Shown: piece by piece, positions 57,345 through 64,000 of the stretch
Layout of the letters: every line of letters begins with the position of its first letter
How positions within the stretch are numbered: position 1 is the first letter of the stretch
Assembly (NCBI GenBank): GCA_016875535.1
Contig: VGPF01000004.1
Coordinates: 1,588 to 65,587, forward strand
Reading direction: 5' to 3'
DNA from: Chloroflexota bacterium
Lineage (GTDB): Bacteria > Chloroflexota > Dehalococcoidia > SHYB01
Length of the DNA: 64,000 bases
The notes under the pieces: model-generated
The model's input: only the letters and a program-made list of their open reading frames with translations
What the model was told of the DNA's origin: nothing
The model's database searches: none
Program-made: the position numbers and the translations under genes

Positions 57345-59903
57345 ATGGATACGCGCGCAATCGCAGGGCTGCGGGTGCTGGACATGAGCCGGGGGATCGC
57401 GGGCGCATATTGCACGAAGCTTCTGGCTGACCTGGGGGCAGAGGTTATCTTTCTCGAGCCTCCGGGCGGCCACCCGCTGCGTCGAGAGGGGCCGTTTCTC
57501 ACGAGGCTGGGCAGGCCGGATGAGAGCGGGCTCTTTCATTTTCTGTGCGCGAATAAGTCGGCGATCATCGCGGATGTGGGAGTACCCTCATCTGAGACAG
57601 GAGCACCCTCTCCCGGCTTAGCGAGAGACTCGCAAAGCCGACCTCTCCCATCGAGCCCCGAAAGGCTCGGGGTGCGCGATAGGAATCGGCAGGAGAGGAA
57701 CGATGAGGCGGAGCGAGTGCGGAGGCTGATCGCAGGGGCGAACTTGGTGGTGGAGGATGGGCAGCCTGGAGAGATGGCGAGCCGCGGCTTGGGCCATGCA
57801 GCGCTGAAGGGGCTGCATCCATCCCTGGTGGTGACTTCGCTCACGCACTTTGGGCCGACGGGGAGATGGCGCGACTGGGAGGGGAGCGAGATCGCTGATT
57901 GGGCGATGGGCGGCTATATGTATTTCGGAGGGCATCCGGAGCGGGAGCCTTTGATGATCCCGTGCGACCAGGCGGCCTTCCATGCGGGGGTGCAGGCGGC
58001 GATCGGGTCGCTGGCGGCGCTGCGGTGGGCGAAGGCGACGGGCCAGGGACAGCGCGTGGAGGTCTCCGCGCTGGAGGCGCTGCTCTCCGCGCACATCTGG
58101 ACGGTGGCGCGGTGGACGCACCACGGGCAGGTGATGCGGCGGACGGGGACGGACGTGACGCGCTGCAAGGACGGCTTCGTGCGGTTCCTGGTGAACCGCT
58201 ATACGCCGGAGATGTTCCTGCTGGTTGACCGTCCGGACCTGATGGACGACCCGCGCTTCGCCGACCAGCCGAGCTGGCGGAAGAACTATCCCGAATTCCG
58301 CGTGATCCTGGAGGAGTGGTGCCTGGGACAATCGAAGGACGACATCTTCCGCCGAGGTCAGGAGCTGCGGATCCCGTGCGCGCCGGTGTGGGATGCGAAG
58401 GATCTGAGCACATCGGCGCTCTTGCAGGAGCGGAAGTGGCTTGTGGCGTACGAGCCGGGGCTGGTTTTTCCGGGGTATCCATATCTTATGAGCGAATCGC
58501 CGCCTTCGCTGCGAAAGCGGGCGCCGGTGTTGGGAGAGTCGGTGGAAGACTGGGCAAGCCCAGGGAATCCCCCTCTCTTTTCTTCTCTCCCGCCAGGGGA
58601 GAGAAAAGGAGCGCGGAAGGCCGCTTCCCGGCAAAAGAACAAAAGGAGGTTGCCGCTGGAGGGTATGCGGGTGCTGGAGATCACGGGGAACTGGGCGGGG
58701 CCGTACGCGGGACGCATGCTGGCGGACCTGGGGGCGGAGGTCATCAAGATCGAGGACCCAAAGAATCCCCAGGGGCGCAATATGCTGTACCCAGGGATCC
58801 AGCCGCTGAAGCACCACTACAACCGCTCGGCCTATTTCAACAAGCTGCACCGGAACAAGAAGTCGCTGACGCTGGACGTGAGCGAGCCGGAGGGCCGCGA
58901 GACCTTCCTGAAGCTCATCGAGCTTTCCGATGTGTTCATCGAGAACACGAGCCTGCGGGTGATGCGGAACTTCAACATCCGCTATAAAGACTTGCGCAGG
59001 GTGAACCCGCAGCTCATCTACGCGGCGATCTCGGCCTTTGGCGATACTGGGGCGCTGGCGGACTATGTGGCCTACGGCGGCAATATCGAGGCGGCCTGCG
59101 GGCTTTCGGCGGTGATGGGCTACCTGGGGGAGGACTATCCGTACAACAGCGGGCAGTTCTACTGCGACCCGATCACGGCTTCGCACGCGGCGGTGGCGGT
59201 GCTGGCGGCGCTGGAGTACCGGGAGCGCACGGGGAAGGGGCAGTACCTGGACCTTTCGCTGGCGGAGAACGGGATCAACTTTTTCGCGGAGTCGTTCCTG
59301 GAGTATGTCTGCACCGGGAAGAAGCGCCCGGCGATGGGGAATCGCCATCCGGTCTACGCGCCCCAGGGGTGCTATCCCACTGTGGGGGACGATATGTGGA
59401 TGGTGGTGACGGTGCGCTCGGATGAGGAATGGCAGCGGTTCGCTGATGTGCTGGGTGCGCCGGAGCTGAAGGACGAGCGGTATCGCACGGTGGAGGGAAG
59501 GCGGCGGCACCACGATGAGCTGGACGCCATGATCAAGAAGTGGTCGGCACGGTACGACCATGTAGAGGCGTCGTCGCTCTTGCAGCGGGTGGGGATTTCG
59601 GCGGCGCCGGTGCTGACGAACTGGGAAATGGTAAGCAACGCGCATATCTTCGACCTTGGCTTTTACCAAACGATCCCCCACCCGGAGATGGGGGCCTATC
59701 CGCAGCCTGGGATGCCGTGGCGGCTTTTGGAGTCGCCCGGGGTTATCCAGGCGCCGGCGCCGCTCTATGGGGCGCACAACGAGGAGATCCTGCGGGGGCT
59801 GCTGAAGCTGCCAGAGGAGCGCCTGGCGACGCTGTATGGGAAGGGGATCGTGGCGGACGTGCCGCCGAGGACGATACCGCCGCCTGCGGTGCTGAATACG
59901 TAG
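57345..59903 (+). CDS. Tandem-fused family III CoA-transferase (two complete CaiB/BaiF-like modules in one ORF)
   Basis: Two N-terminal motifs (GLRVLDMSRGIAGAYCTKLLADLGAEVIFLE and GMRVLEITGNWAGPYAGRMLADLGAEVIKIE), each followed by a full CoA-transferase body. No stop codon separates them. Confidence 0.7.
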   Translation: MDTRAIAGLRVLDMSRGIAGAYCTKLLADLGAEVIFLEPPGGHPLRREGPFLTRLGRPDESGLFHFLCANKSAIIADVGVPSSETGAPSPGLARDSQSRPLPSSPERLGVRDRNRQERNDEAERVRRLIAGANLVVEDGQPGEMASRGLGHAALKGLHPSLVVTSLTHFGPTGRWRDWEGSEIADWAMGGYMYFGGHPEREPLMIPCDQAAFHAGVQAAIGSLAALRWAKATGQGQRVEVSALEALLSAHIWTVARWTHHGQVMRRTGTDVTRCKDGFVRFLVNRYTPEMFLLVDRPDLMDDPRFADQPSWRKNYPEFRVILEEWCLGQSKDDIFRRGQELRIPCAPVWDAKDLSTSALLQERKWLVAYEPGLVFPGYPYLMSESPPSLRKRAPVLGESVEDWASPGNPPLFSSLPPGERKGARKAASRQKNKRRLPLEGMRVLEITGNWAGPYAGRMLADLGAEVIKIEDPKNPQGRNMLYPGIQPLKHHYNRSAYFNKLHRNKKSLTLDVSEPEGRETFLKLIELSDVFIENTSLRVMRNFNIRYKDLRRVNPQLIYAAISAFGDTGALADYVAYGGNIEAACGLSAVMGYLGEDYPYNSGQFYCDPITASHAAVAVLAALEYRERTGKGQYLDLSLAENGINFFAESFLEYVCTGKKRPAMGNRHPVYAPQGCYPTVGDDMWMVVTVRSDEEWQRFADVLGAPELKDERYRTVEGRRRHHDELDAMIKKWSARYDHVEASSLLQRVGISAAPVLTNWEMVSNAHIFDLGFYQTIPHPEMGAYPQPGMPWRLLESPGVIQAPAPLYGAHNEEILRGLLKLPEERLATLYGKGIVADVPPRTIPPPAVLNT
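57604..57674 (+). repeat. Hairpin repeat element copy F, inserted in-frame inside the CoA-transferase CDS
   Basis: CACCCTCTCCCGGCTTAGCGAGAGACTCGCAAAGCCGACCTCTCCCATCGAGCCCCGAAAGGCTCGGGGTG encodes a ~50-aa insertion between the conserved ADV and LVVEDG segments. Confidence 0.7.
58585..58604 (+). repeat. Short hairpin CTCTCCC-gcca-GGGGAGAG in the linker joining the two CoA-transferase modules
   Basis: Read directly. Same CTCTCCC/GGGAGAG arm motif as the repeat family. Confidence 0.5.
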
Positions 59904-60129
59904 GGGGACGACCTAACCCCTGACCTCCCGATGCGAAATCGAGGCCGAAGGTCCGGCCTGAGGACAGATCTCGATGACTCGACGTGTGAGTGCCCTCTTG
60001 TAGCTAGAGGACTAGCACAGCTCCTAAGAAGGGTATTAACTTACTTGCCTCAGTAAGCCAGCATGCAATAGTATTGCCTCGTCCTAGCCTGGAACCAGTC
60101 CATATGATCGAGGGTTGCACCTCACAGCG

Positions 60130-60999
60130 ATGCTAACGTTGGATGCATATGCAGATGAGAGCGGTGTTGAGGAAGCACCGGACTACTGCCTGATTGCAGG
60201 CTACATCGGTGCGCCGTCTACCTGGGAGTCCTTCAACCGACGCTGGATGGTTGCGCTTGACGGTGTGCCTGAGTTTCACGCAAAAGAGTTCTTCCCCCGC
60301 CGACGGGCGTTGAGTACTCGGAGTCCGTACCACGGCTGGAGTATTGAGAAGCGAGTCGCCTTTATCAGAAGGCTTGTGGGTGTCATCAAAAACCATGCAC
60401 TCTTACCTGTCGGTTCTGCTGTCGAAGTTGCTCCGTTTAGAGAGTTATCGCAAGAAGAGAGACGCATCTTCATAGGAGCAATCATCCGACAAATCACAGT
60501 GCACTTGAATCGGGTCGGAGGGCCTACTAGTCGCCAATTCACAGCCAGGTCAGAGTTCACACTCAAAGGAACGGGCTCTCCGCAGCGCCCCTATTTTGTG
60601 GCGTTTCGGAGCTTCTTAGAAGATACAATGCGCCACATCGCCTCGGGGACCAAGCTCAATATAACCTTGGATAGGAATAGGTCGCTTGAAGCTTACGCCG
60701 TTGATTTATTCAATCAGCTTGCAAAGGCGTGGGGCGACGCAGACCCACAGAAACGCCTAGGGCTGTTTGGGTATGCGGACTCATCCGAGCCTCCACTACA
60801 GGCGGCTGACTTGTATGCCTACATATGGACGCGGCGGCTTCATTCTCGAAGTATTACTCAGGAAATGCTAGAGACGGCCCCGGTCTTTGATGGATCAACA
60901 ATATCGGTTGTACGCCGAACCGACTTTGTGGAAATGCTGAAAAGCATGCGCGCTGGGCTGTCCGAGTTCAATGAAGTACCACTAAGGACGCCTTTGTGA
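60130..60999 (+). CDS. DUF3800-like hypothetical protein in a low-GC islet
   Basis: N-terminal LTLDAYADESG resembles the DUF3800 start. Local GC is visibly lower (~50%) than the flanks. Confidence 0.5.
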   Translation: MLTLDAYADESGVEEAPDYCLIAGYIGAPSTWESFNRRWMVALDGVPEFHAKEFFPRRRALSTRSPYHGWSIEKRVAFIRRLVGVIKNHALLPVGSAVEVAPFRELSQEERRIFIGAIIRQITVHLNRVGGPTSRQFTARSEFTLKGTGSPQRPYFVAFRSFLEDTMRHIASGTKLNITLDRNRSLEAYAVDLFNQLAKAWGDADPQKRLGLFGYADSSEPPLQAADLYAYIWTRRLHSRSITQEMLETAPVFDGSTISVVRRTDFVEMLKSMRAGLSEFNEVPLRTPL

Positions 61000-61099
61000 C
61001 CGCCTTGCCTTCTGGAGCCTTTCACGTTTGTCCGCCTCGGCCTTTGGCGTCGAGACGATTTTCTTGGTCATCTGCTCGAATCTTTCAAACGGCGTTTGC

Positions 61100-62200
61100 T
61101 CCCCTTTGCGGGGAGTCTCTTGCTTCTCCATCGTTTACCCCTTCCTTGCTTACGCAGGCGTCGTATTGGGGAGCGGCGAGGGTGCGCCGGTCAATTGTGC
61201 ATAGGTCAGTCGCTTGCCTGCGATCCGTCCGGCTACTTGTCGGGATCTGCCGCCGTCCTTGTCTCCGCGAGTGTTGTACCGAAACACCTCTTCGTCGAGG
61301 TATCTGAACAGATGGAACGGCTCGACGCTTACATATGTGCCTCGGATAGCCCTCTTCAGGAGGCTCCAGAAGTTTTCAACGCCATTGGTGTGGACATGCC
61401 CCTTCACATACGCCTCGGCATGGTTGATGATGTTGTGGACATATTCGGTATTGATGCCCTTATAGCCTGTCCAGTCATCGGTGATGACCTCGGAGCCGGG
61501 TTCGATGTGGTGGCGCACCATCGGCTGAAGAGTCTGCCGCTTCACGTCGGCAATCATCTTGGCCTTGACTGTGCTGTATCCATCCTTGCCATGCCGAGCC
61601 AAGAGGCCCATCACCGCAACCTTACCCACCATGCCAGTCGCGCCCTTGATGACCTTCTCTCTACGGCTCTTGTGCATGAATCGGGCCTGCCCGCCGATGA
61701 AAGTCTCGTCCACTTCAACTCTGCCTCCGAATATCCCGGTGTCACCCTCCATAGCCAAGCGGATGCGATGGAGCATGAACCAGGCGGTCTTTTGAGTCAC
61801 GCCAAGGCTACGGGCGATCTCATAGCTGGAGACGCCATTCTTGGCGTTGGCAATCATCCAGATAGCGGCAAGCCATTTATCAAGCCCAATGGGGCTGTCC
61901 TCAAAGATGGTCCCGACTTTGACCGAGAATTGCCGCTTGGCATGCTTAGTCTTGCACTCCCAGAGACGGCGAGTCGAAATGAAGCGCACGTCTTTACTCT
62001 GGCAAGAAGGGCACGTGACGCCATCAGGCCAGCGCAGCTTGACCATGTAGTCCAAGCAGGTGTCAGGGTCAGAAAAGTGCCGGATCGCTTCAAGAAGAGT
62101 CTTAGGTGTTGCCATCGCCGTCTCCTGTTTTCCTCTGTACAACAGAAGTCTAGCAGGGAAAGGCTGCTGAGTCAAGTATATTATTGCCCTAAGAAGGAGC
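61100..62200 (-). mobile_element. IS1595-family insertion sequence (approximate bounds; terminal inverted repeats not resolved)
   Basis: Contains the transposase gene. Lower GC. Flanked by the DUF3800 islet and hairpin repeats. Confidence 0.45.
61150..62115 (-). CDS. IS1595-family transposase (N-terminal zinc ribbon plus DDE domain)
   Basis: Zinc ribbon CPSCQS...C..K. DDE_Tnp_IS1595-like core (…FIGGQ…HTNGVENFWSLLKR…). Confidence 0.75.
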   Translation of the reverse strand: MATPKTLLEAIRHFSDPDTCLDYMVKLRWPDGVTCPSCQSKDVRFISTRRLWECKTKHAKRQFSVKVGTIFEDSPIGLDKWLAAIWMIANAKNGVSSYEIARSLGVTQKTAWFMLHRIRLAMEGDTGIFGGRVEVDETFIGGQARFMHKSRREKVIKGATGMVGKVAVMGLLARHGKDGYSTVKAKMIADVKRQTLQPMVRHHIEPGSEVITDDWTGYKGINTEYVHNIINHAEAYVKGHVHTNGVENFWSLLKRAIRGTYVSVEPFHLFRYLDEEVFRYNTRGDKDGGRSRQVAGRIAGKRLTYAQLTGAPSPLPNTTPA

Positions 62201-62398
62201 GTAGCTCATCAGAATGAGCACATGCCACCTGAATGGCTCTCCCGGCCGATGTGATGAATCACATCTGGGAGAGGGTAAGAGCGCAGTGGCGCGCTCCATG
62301 GGGAGGGCTGGCCTCTCCGATATATCGGAGCCCTGCGGGAAGGCCAGCCCCTACGGGAGCAGAGGGTGGGTTGCAAGGACAACTAGGGGGATTGATTT

Positions 62399-62500
62399 AG
62401 GTTGCGCCGCAACCTAGGGCGCACGCCCTGCGCCCCTACAGGAGACGGAGGAATCGGGTTGCGTGGCAACCTGGGGCGGATGGCCTGTGCCCTTACGCAG
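62399..62500 (+). repeat. Two tandem ~45-bp imperfect repeats, each with a GGTTGCG-NN-GCAACC palindrome
   Basis: GGTTGCGCCGCAACCTAGGGCGCACGCCCTGCGCCCCTACAGG / GGTTGCGTGGCAACCTGGGGCGGATGGCCTGTGCCCTTACGCAG. Confidence 0.65.
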
Positions 62501-63452
62501 AAGGCGATTTGGCGTCTGCGGCGAGGGCGGCCTGCATGGCGGCGACGGCGACTTCGATCTGCTGATCGTCGGGCTTTTGGGTGGTGAGCTTCTGCATGAG
62601 CAGGCCGGGGTAGGTGAGGACCTTGCCGATGGTGCTGTCTATGTGAGCGGCGTTGAAGCGGATGATCTCATAGCTGACGGCGGCGATGACGGGGATGAGG
62701 ACGATGCGCGAGACGACGAGGAGCCAGAGATCGGGGCGGCCGAGGAAGGCGAAGAGGATGATGGCGACGACCATGACGGTGAGGAGGAAGGCGGTGCCGC
62801 AGCGGGGGTGCTCTTTCTTGTATCTCCTGATGTTCTGGGTCTCGAGGGGCTCGTTGTGCTCATGGCAGGCGATGGTCATGTGCTCCGCGCCGTGGTACAT
62901 GAAGAGCCGCTTCATGTCTTTCATGCGGCCCATGAGCCAGATGTAGGCGATGAAGATGGCGAAGCGAATGACGCCTTCGAAGACGTTGGCGGCTATGTCG
63001 TTCTCGATAATGGAGTCGAAGGCTCTGCTGATGAAGAGGGGGATGATGAAGAAGATGCCGATGGCGAGGAGGAGGGAGACGGTGAGCATGGCGCCGGAGG
63101 CGAAGCCGGAGAGTTTGACCTCTTCCTTGGCGTCTTCCTCTTCGAGGGCGGCCTCAGCCGAGAACATGATGGCCTTGAGGCCGAGGGAGAGGGTCTCCGC
63201 GAGGACGATGGCGCCGCGGACGAAGGGGATCTTGCGCCAGCCGCCGGTGAAGAGCTTGGGCAGCGGCTCGATGAGCTGCTTGAGCATGCCGTTGGGCCTG
63301 CGGACGGCGACGGTGACGTGGGTGCGGCCGCGGATCATGACGCCTTCGATGACGGCTTGGCCGCCGTAGTTGAACTTGGGCTGTTTGGCGGTCTCGGCGG
63401 CGGAACAAAAAAAGCCCCCGATCTGCCGGGGGCTTTTTCGATGCTGAGGCAT
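62493..63452 (-). CDS. DUF1385 (YqhQ-like) membrane protein; 5' end uncertain
   Basis: Conserved N-terminal motif [17 protein letters not shown] and TM helices. An ATG at 63452 lies 4 nt after the rpmE stop, but the first codons would span the rpmE terminator hairpin. Confidence 0.6.
   Translation of the reverse strand: MPQHRKSPRQIGGFFCSAAETAKQPKFNYGGQAVIEGVMIRGRTHVTVAVRRPNGMLKQLIEPLPKLFTGGWRKIPFVRGAIVLAETLSLGLKAIMFSAEAALEEEDAKEEVKLSGFASGAMLTVSLLLAIGIFFIIPLFISRAFDSIIENDIAANVFEGVIRFAIFIAYIWLMGRMKDMKRLFMYHGAEHMTIACHEHNEPLETQNIRRYKKEHPRCGTAFLLTVMVVAIILFAFLGRPDLWLLVVSRIVLIPVIAAVSYEIIRFNAAHIDSTIGKVLTYPGLLMQKLTTQKPDDQQIEVAVAAMQAALAADAKSPSA
63405..63440 (-). terminator. Rho-independent terminator (GCCCCCG-gcagatc-GGGGGC followed by T7) after rpmE
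   Basis: Read on the minus strand. A canonical stem plus U-tract. Confidence 0.75.
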
Positions 63453-63456
63453 CTGC

Positions 63457-63657
63457 TTATTTGAGGCCGTAGCGCTTCTTGAAGCGGTCAACGCGGCCTT
63501 CGGTATCGAGGATGCGCTGCTCACCGGTGAAGAAGGGGTGGCACTTGGAGCAGACCTCGACCTTGAGGAGCGAGGTTGTGGAGCGGGTGAGCCACTTGTG
63601 GCCGCAGGCGCACTGCACCTGGGCGGCTACGTATCTGGGATGGATGTCTGCTTTCAC
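63457..63657 (-). CDS. rpmE: 50S ribosomal protein L31
   Basis: MKADIHPRY...CxCG...[10 protein letters not shown]. Confidence 0.9.
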   Translation of the reverse strand: MKADIHPRYVAAQVQCACGHKWLTRSTTSLLKVEVCSKCHPFFTGEQRILDTEGRVDRFKKRYGLK

Positions 63658-63926
63658 TTTGCTGCTCCCTGTCCCGCGGGCATGACGTTGGCGCGCTTGC
63701 GGAACTTGGTGGCGCGGTCGAACTTGACGAGGCCGTCCACGCGGGCGAAGAGGCTGTGGTCCCTGGCGAGGCCGACGTTGAGGCCGGGCTGGATGGCGGT
63801 GCCGCGCTGGCGGACGATGATGCTGCCTGCGGTGACGGGCTGGCCATCGAAGACCTTGACGCCGAGGCGCTGACCGGGGCTATTGCGACCGTTGGCGCTG
63901 GTGCCGCCGCCCTTTTTTTGTGCCAT
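63654..63926 (-). CDS. rpmA: 50S ribosomal protein L27
   Basis: [24 protein letters not shown]...full-length L27. Confidence 0.9.
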   Translation of the reverse strand: MAQKKGGGTSANGRNSPGQRLGVKVFDGQPVTAGSIIVRQRGTAIQPGLNVGLARDHSLFARVDGLVKFDRATKFRKRANVMPAGQGAAK

Positions 63927-63929
63927 AGC

Positions 63930-64000
63930 TTACTTCCCCTTGGCCTTTGCCGCGGCCTTGAGGCTCGCGCCGCCGACTTCGATGCTTTCGATGGCGAGGC
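63930..64000 (-). CDS. Partial CDS (3' end of an upstream ribosomal-operon gene, possibly L21)
   Basis: Open frame running to the window edge and ending ...LKAAAKAKGK*. Its identity cannot be established. Confidence 0.3.
   Translation of the reverse strand, partial: LAIESIEVGGASLKAAAKAKGK

Noticed and set aside
1-64000. Searched for CRISPR arrays, rRNA, tmRNA, RNase P and SRP RNA.
   Set aside because: No regularly spaced direct repeats with unique spacers, and no rRNA-like conserved blocks (e.g. anti-SD region or GGTTCGATTCC tmRNA ends) were seen. The only tandem repeats are coding low-complexity (PT, RD) tracts and the two 45-bp hairpin repeats at 62399-62500.

Overview
High-GC (~65-68%) bacterial chromosomal window, probably Chloroflexota- or Actinobacteria-like. 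Evidence for that guess: three LLM-class F420-type luciferase-like oxidoreductases, Pro/Thr-rich linkers in secreted proteins, strong Shine-Dalgarno use, and ricT-holB and rpmA-rpmE gene context. Content is largely housekeeping and accessory metabolism: lysA, pyrD, dnaJ, citrate synthase, holB, rpmA/rpmE, an MFS transporter, TerC, CvpA, two sensor kinases plus a receiver, three LLM oxidoreductases, two amidohydrolases, an SDR, and a tandem-fused family III CoA-transferase. Accessory or mobile-looking features are interspersed: (1) a compact phage-like module at ~0.8-4.7 kb with Fic, a replication-initiator-like HTH/DnaA-N protein, four small divergent ORFs with strong RBSs, and a CI/LexA-like XRE+S24 repressor; (2) four type II TA loci (DUF4258/YgiT, HigBA-like, RHH-MazF, HicB with a decayed HicA); (3) a low-GC islet at ~60.0-62.3 kb with a DUF3800 protein and an IS1595-family transposase; (4) a previously unnoticed family of ~55-70 nt hairpin repeat elements, at least 6 copies in the last 34 kb, one inserted in-frame inside the CoA-transferase gene; (5) tRNA-Pro(GGG) flanked by pseudo-tRNA fragments and 24-bp direct repeats, and tRNA-Gln(TTG); (6) several decay or rearrangement scars: an ALDH C-terminal fragment abutting a LemA C-terminal fragment, an in-frame amber stop splitting a secreted S1 protease from its C-terminal domain, and a HicA pseudogene. 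No rRNA or CRISPR array was seen. Many long ORFs in the six-frame track are antisense shadow ORFs typical of high-GC DNA and were rejected.
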